Of a stretch of DNA of 64,000 nt, positions 1 through 15,000 are shown one piece after another. Under the pieces are notes generated by a model. The model searched no databases, was not told the DNA's origin, and was given only the letters and a program-made list of their open reading frames with translations. This DNA is from Candidatus Omnitrophota bacterium (GTDB lineage: Bacteria > Omnitrophota > Gorgyraeia > Zapsychrales > Zapsychraceae): the NCBI GenBank assembly GCA_021108075.1, contig JAIORP010000090.1, positions 15,828-79,827 on the forward strand. Reading direction: 5' to 3'. How positions within the stretch are numbered: the stretch's first letter is position 1; each line of letters begins with the position of its first letter. The translations under genes were made by a program, and so were the position numbers.

Positions 1-1
1 C

Positions 2-3000
2 GCGATTAACTTCTTTTAGATGAACATCACGACGATAAACACTTGGCTCGACATAGACATCCTTCATCGCTAATTTCTGGAAGTCTTGATTATCAAGGGC
101 AATGCTCTTCGGTTGCATTAAAATGATACTGCCAGTTGGCAAGTTATCAATCGAAATATTTATTTTGACTTGCCCTTGGTCTGCCTTTAATTCATATAAT
201 GATATGCGCGCACCTTCTGTTTTTCCAACATAAATATTGCGGTTCTTTGCATCTGCTGTTTGTTGTGCTAGTCCACCAATGTCACTGTCTTCACGTAATG
301 CTAAAACAGCGATCGGCATCATCTCATGAGGAACCACATCAACCGTATTAATCAAATCCGAATTATTGCTTGCCAGGGAGATAGCTCTTTCTATGGAGGT
401 GTTACGAATGGTCTTGGACTGACCAGCTAAGGCTGAGCCATAATCATTGGTGCTAGCAATCATTGGCATACGGATTTGAGTTGGTTGACGGGAAGAAACA
501 TTAAAAACTTGTTCATGAATAAATCCACGACTGGCCAAATTCTGAATACCTTGATTTCTGATGTCAATACTGCGCGGTTCAACCAAAACAATACTGCCAG
601 ATTGAATGTCTTGTGCCGGAACAGCTGTCTGGCTGATCTTTTGATCCGCGCCCAGTTCATAGGCAGCGACTTGATTGCCCTCCTGTCGGGCAATATAAAT
701 TTTTCGTTTTGTTCCCATCTTACCGATCGCAGCTAAATCTTCCTGCATCGGTAACACCACGATTGATGTCACTTCAGATGGAACCATGTCAGCAATTTCA
801 ATTTGCTTTACTAATTTCGGCGTTTCATAAATTGCTTTAGCGATGGTCGCGTGTTGAATTGTATTTGTCCATGATGCGATTGCTGAACCATAATCATCAG
901 CCATTGCCATCATCGGCATGCGCGTTTGTCGTGGTTGTTGATAGGACTGAGTGAAAACTTGTTCATGAATAAATCCACGACTGGCCAAATTCTGAATACC
1001 TTGATTTCTGATGTCAATACTGCGCGGTTCAACCAAAACAATACTGCCAGATTGAATGTCTTGTGCCGGAACAGCTGTCTGGCTGATCTTTTGATCCGCG
1101 CCCAGTTCATAGGCAGCGACTTGATTGCCCTCCTGTCGGGCAATATAAATTTTTCGTTTTGTTCCCATCTTACCGATCGCAGCTAAATCTTCCTGCATCG
1201 GTAACACCACGATTGATGTCACTTCAGATGGAACCATGTCAGCAATTTCAATTTGCTTTACTAATTTCGGCGTTTCATAAATTGCTTTAGCGATGGTCGC
1301 GTGTTGAATTGTATTTGTCCATGATGCGATTGCTGAACCATAATTTTGTGCAGTGGCCATTGAAGGTTGTTTGAAATCAATGTTAATGACCTTGTCATGA
1401 ACAATGCCACGTGATGATAAAGCCTGCATGTCTTGATTTCGACTTGAAACGCTGCGAGGAGCCATAAACATAATGCTTCCCGTTTCAGAATTTTGCAGCT
1501 GACGAACAGTTATTGGACTCATCTTAAGAGACTTATCCGCATTCAATTCATAGGCAATAATCTTGTTGTTGACTTCCCGTCCAACATAAATTTTCCGCTT
1601 TGTATTCATCCCCTCAAGCATTGTCATGTCTTCTTGCATCGGGAGAACAACGATAGATGACACTTCCGATGGAACCATATCAGCTATTTCAATTTGCTTC
1701 TCAATCTTTGCTTCATTATTAATCGCCGTCGCGATGGTCGCGTATCGAACGATGTTTGCTCGGGAGGCAATCGCTGATCCATAATCATTCGCTGCCATCA
1801 TTGTCGGCATTTGCATTGAAGGTTGCCTAAAGGACACGTTGTAAACCTTTTCATGCACAAAACCGCGAATGGCCAAATTCTGCATACCGCTGTTGTCAGC
1901 ACTCGCACTGCGTTGATCCACCAACACAATGCTTCCAGACGGAATCTCTTGCGCTGCAATCGCTGTTTTACTGGTTTGCTGCGTCTTATTGTCAACCTTA
2001 TACGCCTTGAACTCTGTGCCTGCCGCGCTGGCAACATAAATTTCTCTTCCCTTAATATTGGCTTGCCCCAACATTGTCATATCTTTTGGTTTTGGTAAAA
2101 CAACAACCGGCAACTCTGTTGCTGGAATCGCCTCCGCAGTCTTGAGCTGATCCATACTATCGGTTGCGTCATTGATCGCCTGCGCTAAAGTTCCGTACAG
2201 CTTAACAGTGGTCGCATGGCCGGTGATCGCTGAACCATAATCATCCGCAGGAATGATGGCTCCGGTATTACGGACTGTCACAGCGCCGCCCCATATCGCT
2301 GATCCATAACTATTCGCCGCATCCATTATTAGTATTGACGCCTGCATGCTCATCAAAGGTAATTTCCCGCTATCGCTGACTTTGTCCAAGGAACTACTCA
2401 CTACGGCAATATTTTGGGCAATCGGTTCAACTTGCCTAGCTGCAGGGCTAAAATCAACGCCCGCTGCGATCTCTTTAACGCTTGCAGTGAACTCTTGTCT
2501 TAAGCGAGCCACTTTGGCCTTACCATGGGTTGCTTCCAAGTTTTTCAATTGACTTTCCGCTAACTTAACGATCTCTTGAACCAAGACTTTTTCTTGTTGA
2601 CTCTTTGGAGTATACTCGCCACTGCTCATCGCTTGCCCCAACCTCTTAATAACCGGAGGAACTGAATTTGTTCCCTGGAGAAGCATTTTGCTGCTCAGTT
2701 TCCGGACCTTGCTTCTGACGGCTTTCGTATCCTTTAAGCCTTTTTCTTTTGCAATCTTCTTAAGTTTTCGTTCCGCCTTAAGGATCGCTAGAATGATGGG
2801 CTCTGGATTATAGCTGATATTTTGTACCTCAACAGCCTCATTATAGACTCTAATCGCCTCGTTAAAATCAGACTTCATGCTGTTCATCGAACTCATCATG
2901 GCATAATCGGATTGGCTACTGCTGGTCACAGATTCATAGCTACTCGCATACTCTTGCGGGCTTAAACCAGCCTTTAAAATTTGCTTGTCTTGCAGCGTCA

Positions 3001-6000
3001 TCATCTGCGGCACACTGACTTGTGTATTGGCGCGCGCGACTTGATCCATTTCAAACTGGGCCTGGTGACGTTGCATCATACCGCTATATTCCGCGGTCTT
3101 TCCGACCAGGGCATTGCGTGTCGCCATCTTGGCACGCAGATCATCATCGGTCTGATCAGGCTGTGTGAATGCCATAACTTCGTGCATGATACGTTGTTTG
3201 GCAATTTCTTGAGATGTCGCCGAAGAAAGTGGTTGGCCGGCGTCATTGAGATATTCTTGAATCTGATCAACCTTAGGTATAATAATGATTTCATTTTGGC
3301 GTGCGTGCCCACTAAAAACTCTTTCTCCTGTATTGCTTAAGGCTAATTTTGTTTGAACGCGCGATAAATCATCACTGGCAAATTCCTGGTTAATCGCTTG
3401 AGTAATGTCTTGCTCTCCAATATCCGCTAAAATGATCGCTTCTGGTTTTGAGGCTGTTGCGCTTGTGGCTGGAGCTAACATAGCATCTATGACGGCAATT
3501 TCACGATTGATTTCCCGGACAAGCTCTTGCTCGCCAATTTCTTGCGCGGCTTTTGCCATTGACTGCAATTCAATTTTAGCTTGTCGCGCGGCTTGAATTT
3601 GCTGTTTAACAACAGGATCTTTCTTATCTTTCGAGGCACTCATCTTTTTAGCGCTTTTGCTCTTTGATATTAAACGCTTAACAACACGGCTGATATTTTT
3701 ACTTAAATTTTTTCGCGAAGCGGTGAGGCCCACCATCATTTGTTTATCAGAAACTTTCACAGCGACGAAGCCATCTTGATCCGCTTGTCCACTTGTTTCA
3801 ATGAGCGGCATTGTTGTGCTGCGTTTGGCGATTTGATCATTGGCTCTAGCCAATAAATCCGGCTTGATCATCAAACTAAACGTGTTGACTTCCCGTCCTT
3901 CGATATTCGACGTGCCGACGCTTGTCAAAATCAAACTGTCATCAATTTGACGATTATAAATTGTTTGAGCCGGGGCTGCCGGCAACTGCGTTTGCTGTTC
4001 CATCGCGAAGAAGGCTTTTGGTTCTAATGTCTGCTGATCAAAAACAACTCTGAAATTATTGTCCGATGTGATCTTGACAACATCACCTGTGTTTAATGTG
4101 ATCTTTTGATCATCCACCGTCATTTTGATCGATTCAGCAATAACAACTTGATTGCCACTTTCCTTCAATGGTACGATTTGACGTATTTGGCCGTTTGAAC
4201 TGGCAATGGTGAAGCTTTGATCCAGATTGATCTGTTGACCGGCGCGCAATGTCAGAGCGCCAAAATGAACAGCACTGGCACCTGTATTCGCAATCGCGTT
4301 AACGCGACCGTTTTGCTGTTTAAATCCAATGATACCGGCGTCCTTCGTGCCTGAGAGCATCGTAGGATCCGAATAAATTACCGATTGTGTCGTCTTCGCT
4401 GATGCAATGTTTGACACAGAACGATCATCGTCATCAAATATGCTTGTATTATTACTTAAATACGCACGGTTTACGAAAGCATTGGAATTGTATTCAACAT
4501 TGTTATTTGCCATAGCCCTGCTTTGAGGCAATTGCTGACTTAGCGAGTTCTTTGCCATTGAACCTGACCGAGCAGGAGTCAAATCTTTCACTGTTTTGCC
4601 TTTATCATTGATCGGAGAAAATTTTCCTTTTCCTTGAGGCATCCGATTTGATACCTCTCCCTTAGAACTTCTGTGGGTAGTCGTATTGCGAGCAATTTTT
4701 ACAGTATCCAAGGTCTTGGATGTCGGTGTCGGAGCTGCCTTTCTAGTCATTCTCTTGCTTTTCGTCGACGTGTTATTATTTACCTTTTTCTTAGAACCCG
4801 TATTCTTCTTAACTTTAAATTCAAAGCCCCGTTTGCTCTTTTCAGCGCCGAAGAATCCGCTCGACCCTTTTTTGGCAAGACATGATCCGTCCGCGCAAGG
4901 ATCATCACAATTACCAGACGGACAACTGCTAGAAGCATTTAAGGCTGATGAACTTATCATCGAAAGAATTTGTTGATCTGACAGGCTGTCATACTGAATC
5001 GGAATCAACGAAGAACTCAACAAGGATGTCAATGACACACTTCCTTGCGCTAAATAAGCTGTATCTGTTGCCGGTTGATAGCTGCTGACCGCCATTGTCG
5101 TGTCAAGAGTTGGTGTTTCAGTTGGTGTACTGCTCGATGATATCGGTGCTAACATAGGGGTCATCAGTGTTGGTGTCATTTGCAGGATCGCAGCCGGCAT
5201 GGCAGCATCCATCGATGTTGCAGGGAGAACCGGTGTTATTGAGGTCGTACCCATATCGCCGATCAACATGGCTGCGTCTGTGGTTGCCTTTGGCGCCACA
5301 TAATATGTTTTTTCCGACAAGGATTCAATGACCTTGAAGGCCGCGGTAGAAACCGTCTCCGGACTTTCGCCGATATTCAGCTGCATGGTGCGTGACTGAT
5401 GCCCCGTAGAGATGAAGAGTTTATTGTTGTCTGAAACATACGCAACAACAGGGACACCCTGATAGGTGGTATTTAATCCGGCTAAATCTGCATTTTCACT
5501 ACCCTTGGCCGCACTGCTGATATGCGACTCTGAAACAACCATTTTTTCAGGGGCTGTTGTAATGTAAATGTCATCATTTTCAACGATTTCCTTTAACAAG
5601 GCGGTTTGACGGGAAACATCTGCTCCGGCTAATTCCATCCGGCCCAACAGGGCAGCGGCTTGCTGAACAATTTGACGGCCTTCGATCGCGATGTTTTCCT
5701 GCGACTTTGAGCCTGGCTGAGAAATATTCACAACATCCGATTCCATATTTAAAGAAGAGATGACCTCGCGTTCAATTTTCTGTGGCGTTACTTCTGCTGC
5801 GGCAGTCTTTTGGTCAGCCACGTCTTTGTCTCTAAACATGCCCATGACTTGTGTTCTGGAATCCTGAATTTCTGGAGACTTCCCGGCCTTCAGGGCAACA
5901 AAATCAATAACCTTTGTCGGCGCTGAAGAAAATTCTAAAATCCGTCCTGAAGATTTATCGACAACGATGCTGCGGCCGGTTACCGCATTGGTATAAATTT

Positions 6001-9000
6001 TGCGGTCGCCAAGATCCTGGGCAGCTTCCGCGTTTCTGAAAATTTCAGCAACAATCCGTTGCGCTGTTGCTTCTGTGGGTTCTAAGCCCTGGTAAGATCT
6101 CTCGCTTTGAACAGCCGTTGATAATAGGGAAACTAGCTGGTCATTCGTTCCGTCCGTAACAGCGTTTAAGGCTGTTTGATCGTCAATAAATTTATCAGCC
6201 ACATTGGCCAATGCATCCAGTTGAGCCCGTTCCGTTTGTTTTTGTGTGGCACTCGTTTGAATCAATGTACGAGCCATCTGAATCTTGGCTTGCTTGTTTT
6301 CATAATCTTGCTTTGGAATGACCTGATCAATGCGGTAGTAGTCCGCGCCCTTATTATCCTTAACTATTACGCTAACGATGTCTGGTTTCCCAGGATCTTT
6401 AGACTTTTTAACTTCAACAAAAGCTATGCCACTGTCCATCTGTTCAACGGCCCGGCTGTGGGTATATTCCACAATGTTCATCAAGTCGGCAGCGCGTTGA
6501 GCGGACTCGGAAGCACCGACACCAACGGAACGCGCGGCTTCCGTATCGCCGACTTCAAGGGCTTCTTTAGCAAAGGCGATGCGGTAACCCACATCAATAC
6601 TGTGCGCGTCAAATTCACCAACCGCAAAATTGCTACCTTCGCGACCATACGCACCTCGGGTTTTTTCATCCAAAATCGGTTGATAGGCATGCACACGGGT
6701 CGGTCCACCGACTAAGGCGTCTTCTGAAGTCGCAACTTTAGCGGCCATGCGGTCTTCACTGTGGCGAATTTCGTGAAAGAAAATTCCAGCCCCATCGCTG
6801 GTGACATGATCACTGACCGCGCTCACAAAGGCGTTAAAACCGAGGGTTAATGTCTTGTCTCCGGTTTTAGCCGCACTCGCGTTAGATACTTTTTCTCTGG
6901 CGCCTTTTTCCGTAAATGGATCAAAGTAGAAGGATGTTTCCAGTTTTTGGTTAAGTTCATTGATCGCCCCGGTCAGTTCTGGGTTAGCTGATGACTGTGC
7001 TTGATCGCCACGAACCGTGACTTTCATCACTTCGACTTCTTGGTTTGAATTTGGATTAAGCGGATCTTGAATAGTGACCATTTCAACATCAAGATCTGCC
7101 TGGGCCAGACCTAACAGGGTTCGCATGTCGCCAAACATGCGTTTGCGGATGACATCCCTGCGGCCATGCTTATAAATATCTTTTTTACCTCGAATGATTT
7201 GATTATATTTTTCTAACGAAATAATTACTTCCTGTTCCTGACGTTTGCTGTTTAATGCATTCTTGAATTCAATATATGGAATAAATATAGTGGTGTCTTC
7301 TGAGATAGATTCATCAGTTTTGATCTGGACGATATGGTCGGTTAATCCTAATGATGTCAGAGTATCCAGACCGCGCTTGTCAGCCTTGACCCTAAATCCG
7401 AGCGGCGCGTCTGATTCCGCTGGCCTGCTGGATGTCTGAACCATCATATCGCCGGATTTCTTACGTTCCGGACGATACATGCGTCCTTTATGCATAGCAG
7501 CTGTCGTTCTGGTCGCATTGTTTTTCGGGCTGATCACAGCAACACGCATTTTGCCATTGGTTGACATTCGATCACCCCGGCTCAAACCAAGTTCAGGAAT
7601 ATCTTGATCAACGGTAAAATGCGACGAAGATAAAAATTGATCATTATTTTTAAAATTACTGGAAACCTTAAACGTATCAATGGCCCTGACAGTGATATTG
7701 CCGCCTGTGGTGGCAACCGATTCCGCGGTCGGGGCAACCGATGCTTCGGTCGACATCGACGGGATTGAAACAAAGCCGCCTTCCTGTATCGGCAATTTTG
7801 AAAACTGGACTTCCCCTAATTCGCTTTCCTGGCCGGAGTCATATGATAATAAATGTGTGGCGCGATCTTTACCGCCTTCGGTAACATACACGACCTGGCT
7901 ATCGACATCCAACTTCTCACCAGCTGAGAGGCTGATGCCATGATTCAAATCAAGTGTTTGTGTTCGCACGGCTGTTGACAGGGCTTTCTTGATTTTAGAA
8001 GACGCAATAGGCCTGATATCTTCTTTCGCTGCTGAAACAATGGCATCAATGCTAAGGGCTTCGCTGACCAGCATCGGGCTTGTCGTGCGCGCCGTGACAA
8101 TCGCCTTGGCCAAATCTGAAGCACCTTCAATGCCGGAATCAATAAATACGGTTTCCAACTGCGGTTGCGATAAAGTGCTGATGGCCCTAACGGCAGCAAT
8201 ATCTTCCGGTGTTATTCCCTGGCTCAAAATTTCTCCGGCCAAGGCCTGAACCACGTCTTCTGTGTTCATTTCTGTGAACGAAGATACAACCCGGGTTATG
8301 ACGCCAAAATCCTTGGCAGCCGACAGAGGTAGCGCCCCTTCCTGTTTTAAGCGCATAATCTCGCTCGCAGCTTTTTCAGCATCACTAATACCGACTTTTT
8401 CCAAGACGCTGGTCAGTTGTTGCAGATCAAACGTTTCCATCGCTTTTATAGCCGCCAATTCATGGATGGACACCTGGCCTAAATCCGAACTGGCTTCGAT
8501 GGTTGTCACTTTCACATCAGTTGGATTTTCGATGACACCGATAATGGCATCGGCATCGGCACCAAATGTAGCTACGATCTCGGCCCGCATCGCACTATCC
8601 ATCCGCTGCGTCATTGTTCCTTCTATCGGGGCTGTGGTTACAGGGCCTTGCGTTTGGGCAGGGGCAATAAGCTCTCTGCTGATCAATGCGCCCACGACAG
8701 CGCCTGCATTCTTGACCCCAGCATTCTCAAGCCTAACGACTGAAATGGTTCCGTCGTGAACCGCTTCAAAGGTCTGCACACCCTTACCGTTCGGCATCTC
8801 TAATGTGGTTGATTTTTTACCAGAAGTGGTCAAATAATTTTTAATAACTTCGCGTTCACTATTTGAACTGTAGTCGCTGATGAGGCGGGAAATTTGGCTC
8901 TTGGTCACTTCAGCATTCCCTTCCATCATCGTCAGGACATTGCGCTGAAAATCATGCGCAGCATATTGTTGCATTACTTTTTCAACAGCCATACGAACCA

Positions 9001-12000
9001 CGTCCTGAGAACCGCTTGCCGCTGCTTTTCGCAAGGCCACCTTATTTGCATCCGTATGCATGGAATGGTTCGCATCAAAAAGAATGTGATATTCACCCGT
9101 CATACGCTTGGAACCTTTCCATGTTCCCGCACGGGCACCTGCCTGTTGAAAGCGAACCGTAGAACCGACATTCAAGTCATAGATCCAAGCGCGTCCATTC
9201 TCCGCATGTATTTCCTTTCCATTTATATCTGTACCCAGTTTCCGGTCCATGACCGAAACACCTTCCTTAAAAGCGGAGATAAGAATCATCTTCTCGACTA
9301 TCGTCTCTCCCTTCTTTGCTTGTTTTTCCAATTTTTTCACTTCTTGGATAATATCTGTGTTTTTACTCTCTGGACCTGTCTCAACAACACGCCATTGCCC
9401 TATCTTTTTCCCTGCTTTTACTCTAAGTATCTCTTCTTTGGCAAGTACTTCATTAACGGCCTTTTCAATAGCTTTTCGGCTGACCCCATTAATCTCATTA
9501 ATCATGATGAGGCGGTTGCCTTTTATGTCCGTGTGTTTCCTAATAATTTTTCTGACATGCTCTACCAATGCCTTGTGTGTGCTCTTTCCATGAAGACCTG
9601 TGATCTGCACGGCAGAATTCATATCACCCAATTCAATTTCCCTCACAAACTGTGTAATACTGCTGCCCAAAGCGATTAACGGTGTCAGCGGCGGCCCTGT
9701 ACCAGTCATGCCAACGACACGTCCGGTTTGACATAATGCTTCTTTACCGGTTGCCGAGTCCGTCAGCCGGTTATTCTGACTATGAGCCTCATAACCTAAG
9801 TAAGAAAATTTGGAAACTCCGCGGAAATTCTTAATACGTCCATCACGACCCAAGGCTTCATACATGGCCAGATAGGCCTGATTCAGGCTGCCATCACTGA
9901 TGGTTTGCTTATGTTTGACTTCCCCTAAATTACTGTTATCTATCGGAGTTACCAAATGGCCTTCTTTTTTGCCGTGATATTTCACTTCCACGCGTGCGTA
10001 TTGATAACTTTTTAATGCCAGAGCAGAATCATTAACAGCTTTCTGTATTTCCGCTTCACTGATCCGATGAGTAATGCCAGCATCTTTTACTGCCTTTACA
10101 ACCGCTCTTCTGACTTCTTTACGAACAGAAACCCCGTTGCGGCCGGTAAGGTTCTTTTGCTTGCCTTTTGCGTCGTCTAATAATGAGCTCCTGTCCTTTA
10201 ACGTAAAATGTTCCATGATTTCATGACCATTGACATCTCGCACGTGTTCCACCATGGCGTCAATCGCCTTTTTACTGCCCAGCTCCTTCTCTAATTTCTT
10301 AAAAACATCAAAAACTGCCTGAGCGGTTGCTTTTATCATCAAGGCCCTATCCGTCGCCTTAGTCAGCGCACTTTTGTTCAATGCCAGCGTCTTACCAAGT
10401 TCCTTAATAGATCCGACACTGATAACCGTAGGGTCAGCCAAGACAATGACGTGAAACTCGTCACTGACCATTAAGGCCTGCTCCAGTAGATTCAAACCCT
10501 TAGTCTTGGCCTGCAACGTCATGGCTTTGTATTGCTCGACATCAATAACCGTGATTTTATCGGTTGCTAATTTGGTGTAATCACCAATGTGTTCGCCTTT
10601 CGCGATGGTGAAAAATTTTTTTTCGCTTTCGCTAAGCTTACTTATAATCTGTTTAACCAGTTGACGACTCGCTGTGGTAAATAAAAGGGGTTGCTTACCG
10701 TTAAGCTTAAGCTTTAAAATTGTTAATAACAATGATTTAGTCATGTCCGTTTTACCCCCGGAAACCGGTTTGATAACTAGGAACATGTCCATCAGTCGGT
10801 CAATCTCAGACATAGATTTCAAAGTCTGCGCGCCTTGTAACAAATGCTGCGTAATGCCCAACATAAGCGATGGATCACCTCTAGAAGAACTTCCCTTTGA
10901 TGCGTCATAATCCCACTTCAAACGCTCATAGGCAATGGCGGCAACAGCCTGTTCTTTTGTAACACCGCTATCACGTAAAATTTTATAAATCTCTTGGAGA
11001 CTGAAGGCGTCTGTTTGTCCGCGGGTCTTCTTTTTTGCCGCGTCTGAAGTTTTAACTGGCTTGCCTTTGCTTTTTAATTTAACCTGTTCATTGACTTGCG
11101 TGAAGGCTGTCTTTAGTGACTTGAGCGCGGCGGAGTCCTGACTGGAACCTAAGGCGCTGCCTTTTAATAGGGTAATTGCATCCGCTAATTTCGACGCATC
11201 TAAACCTAAACTCTTTGCCCTGACCACGAGATTACTGGCCTCTTGCACCTTCATGCGTCTGCCAACGGTTCGCTCGAGGGATTTCATGCCGTCGGTCGAG
11301 CCATCTTTTGCAAGTTCCATATATTTACTGTGCTCAGCACCAGTCATCCCTCTCAATATGCTGACGCGGCTCTGTATTTTTATCTGGCTGACATCGAAAT
11401 TATTATTGCCGGATAAATATTTTTCAATGGTCTTTTCTATAATTGAAGCTGTGGAAAGAATATCTATTTTTTGAGCAACAGGGCTTGCGGTTTTTGAGCC
11501 TCTTCGAGAGGCAATGCGCTTAACGAAATCATTGATCTTTTTAGAAGATGAATTGAGCATGCCATGATCAAGATCAGAACCTTTGTCTCCACCAGCCCCT
11601 TTCGGACTTGTTAATTTTCTGGCGAGATCCTGAATGCGGCCGGTAAAACCTTTTTTGCCCGTGGGTGGCGGGCCCTGGCTGAGCTTGGGGTTCCCTTTCC
11701 CTGATTCCACGCTCGACGTTTCCTGCGCATCCGTTTTTTCCTGAGACTTTACGATTAAATTTTCACCACCTGTTTCGCGTTTATAGGCTTCCGCATAAAT
11801 CCTTTTAATGCGTTCTCCACGGCGGCCATACCCTATGGCTTCGGCTAAAAGCTCTAATCCTTTTGCTTTATCACCGAAACGAACCTCCTGCATGCCCTGG
11901 GCGCCGACTTTCATCGACTCAGCAATATAGCGAATTTTGGCGATGAGCCTAGATGTACGCACTTCTTTTTGAGCCTTAGCCTGTCCTTCCGATAATACCA

Positions 12001-15000
12001 AAGAATTGATCGCCTGATCCAAAAATATTAGATTGTTGTCTGTGGGCGACAGTTTTTCCGAGTTAAGCATTTCCTTTAACGCCTTAGCGAATTCACTGTG
12101 CGCTTTCTTCATATTCCCTGGGGCCTCACTTGCCGCGAGACGCTGCCCCTCGGCGATATGCTCAATAGCACGCTCATTGGCCAGATCGGTGTGGTACTTG
12201 CGAATAACGTTAGCAACTCTGCCATCTAATTTTGCCGCACCCCCAACTCCCTTATTCATCGCTTGAGACGTTGCATTGACGGCGCGGTTTAAATGTGTTT
12301 GAATCTGACCTTCAATCGTGTCAATCTTTTTTGTTAATTTTTTTATTTCGGATTGAAGTTTATTGGCATTCTTCATCGTAGAATTTCCGGCGAGTATGTC
12401 CATAATTCCTGCACGCCTCAATTGCAATGTTTTTCTCAGAGAAATCAGATTATCAGCTATACTAATTTGAGTTCTGGGCGATTTTCCTTCAATTTTAGCG
12501 AGAATTCTCCAAGCCTTATTGGAGTTCTCTAATTCAATGATTGTGGTATCCATGTCATTACGGCTAAAGGCTTCCTCTGCTTTTGCGCGATGAGCCCAGC
12601 CTTGTTCTATTGCTGGTATAATCTGATAGATTTCACGATTCTGTTTGATTTGATTTTTCAGTGGTTTATTCCAAATCACGGGCAATTGGGCAGCTAAAGC
12701 AAAATTTTTCATAATAGCATTATTTTTTTGAAAAGCATCCGACACGTCTTTGCCGATATCTTTACCAAATTCTTTCAGTATGGAGTGTTCCAACTTACCG
12801 GCAACAGCCATGCCGGAGTACGCTTCAGCACTCGCCGGATCGAGTTTCAATGCTTTTTTCCACTCTTTCTGGGCATTAACACTTGCGTCATGCGCTTCTT
12901 GCTTGAGCACCTGGATATCTTCGGCATCCATGCGATGCAGCTTTGTATGAATGACATTTTTCTGCGTGGCGTCCCGAACCTGTCTGGCCGCGTCAAACTC
13001 TGTTGTGTATGCGTCAATTTTAGCTTGAATCTTGCTAATTTCAGTCTTTGACTTCCCTTTAGCAATAGCAGTTCTTAATGCCTTACGAGCCAAAAGTTTA
13101 TTCTTTAAGGCATTATTGGACTTTGTCAGTGCTGTTTTTGCGTCCAATTCTGCCTCCGCTTCAACGGCCTGTTTGGTCTTAAATTCTGCTTGCACTTTCG
13201 ATCTTCGGGCATTGCCGCGCTCTTTTTCACCCAGCGTACCCCGAGAGCGGGTGGCTAACATGACCGCGAAACTCATGACTTCTTTTTCTTTTTGACTAAG
13301 TGATGTGCCTGGAATATCTTCCTTAAATCTTGAAGCTGCCCGGTCAACATAATGTAAGCCTTTTTCAATGGCTTTAACAAAACCGGGCATGTACACAATG
13401 TCGCGGTAGAACTTGGCAACAAATGGATTTTTTGATGTGCCTTTTTGCAGAAACTCAACAACCCGTCCCATTTTTGTAAGCGGTGTTCCCGCTCTTGTTT
13501 GCAGGGCGCCGAAACCGACAGACATCCATAAACCATCGAGTGGACCGGTTAAAATTCCTTCAACCAAGGCATCATGTCCGGCAGCAGACATCAATTTTGA
13601 GTATTGGGCATCCCCTTCTTTGGGCTCTTGTTTCAAAAGGAACAATGGCACATCCATAACACCTTTAACGCGTTTGCCGTCAATAATTTCATTATATAAT
13701 TCCGCGTCATCACCGGCGATCAATAACTCTATTTTTCCAGTAACACCTTCCCACATGGAGCCGCCGATGGTAAACATCGGAGAGACCATGGTCCATTTGA
13801 GCCCGCCAACCGTTGTTTCTTTCACCAATGCGCCCACATCATCGTAATATTTACCAAAGCCTTCCATCGTTGACGCACCGGTTAATAAGTGCGCGCCAAC
13901 CAAACCCATCATTGAGCCAATCACGAAGTCAGACACGCCAACCTTCCAATGGTAATCCTGACCGCTATTTTTAGCGGAAACCATCCCTGTTCCGACCTTA
14001 ATGCTACCGCCCATAGTAGCCCCAGTCACATAAGCGGCTAATTTGAGACGATTGTATTGCTTGGCTGCTTTTGCGATGCGTTCAGGAACTTTTTTTCCGG
14101 AAGCAACCAAATTTTTGTATATTTTAGCAGACCTGGATAATTGCGCAATATTTAATCTTTTGCTGCTCATCGCCATGCGGTATAAACCAGAACCTGCTGC
14201 ACCCAGTCCAAAACCCGCGATAGCGGCGACGCCTGCTTTTTGTAAAACGCTCATGCCTTCGCCGCTTTCATTTTCCTTGGCGGTGGCCAACGTGTATCCA
14301 CCAGCAGCTATTCCACCGGCCAGACCGCGCGCCGTAGCTTGCGCCCAACCACGTCTCGCAAACTGTGTCGATGCGGTCCCCATCAAATTAATGGAAGCAC
14401 CGGCAATAGCTCCAAATGCGAACCCTCGTCCGTATGCACCAAAGAGATTGCCGATCCTGGAGGACTCTTCAACTTCCTGAAATGAATCCAGTGCAGAGGT
14501 TGACGTTGCGTAAAATTGTCCCCAAACCAAGGCGTCGGCAAAGGCCATTTGCCCTGTCTTTAAAGCAACACTCGCAATTGTCGAATTTCCAGCCCATTTT
14601 GTAATAAAACTCGTCGCATATTTTGAACCAGCGGCCCGAGCTAAAGGTATCGAGAGGGATATTGCGCCCAGGGCCAGATTTTCATTTAGACTTAAAAATT
14701 TCCCCCTGAACGCCAGCGAGGCAGTGTTACCGACACCAAGGGTTATGGCGCCACTATAAAGTGCCCGCTTGCCAAAAGCCTTTCCTGCTTGCAGCAATGT
14801 CTGTTCCGATGCGCCCACCCCGGTCATCCCGCCTATTGAACCGAAAAGCAGGGACCCCTTATTAAAAATCACACCCATCAACATACCAGAGGCTAATTCA
14901 GTCCCAGAGGCTAATTTACCAGAATTAACCAAACTCAAGGTCTCGACGATTCCGCCGCCGATCAAAGCGCCGTAAAGAGCTCGTCTTGTAATATATCTTG

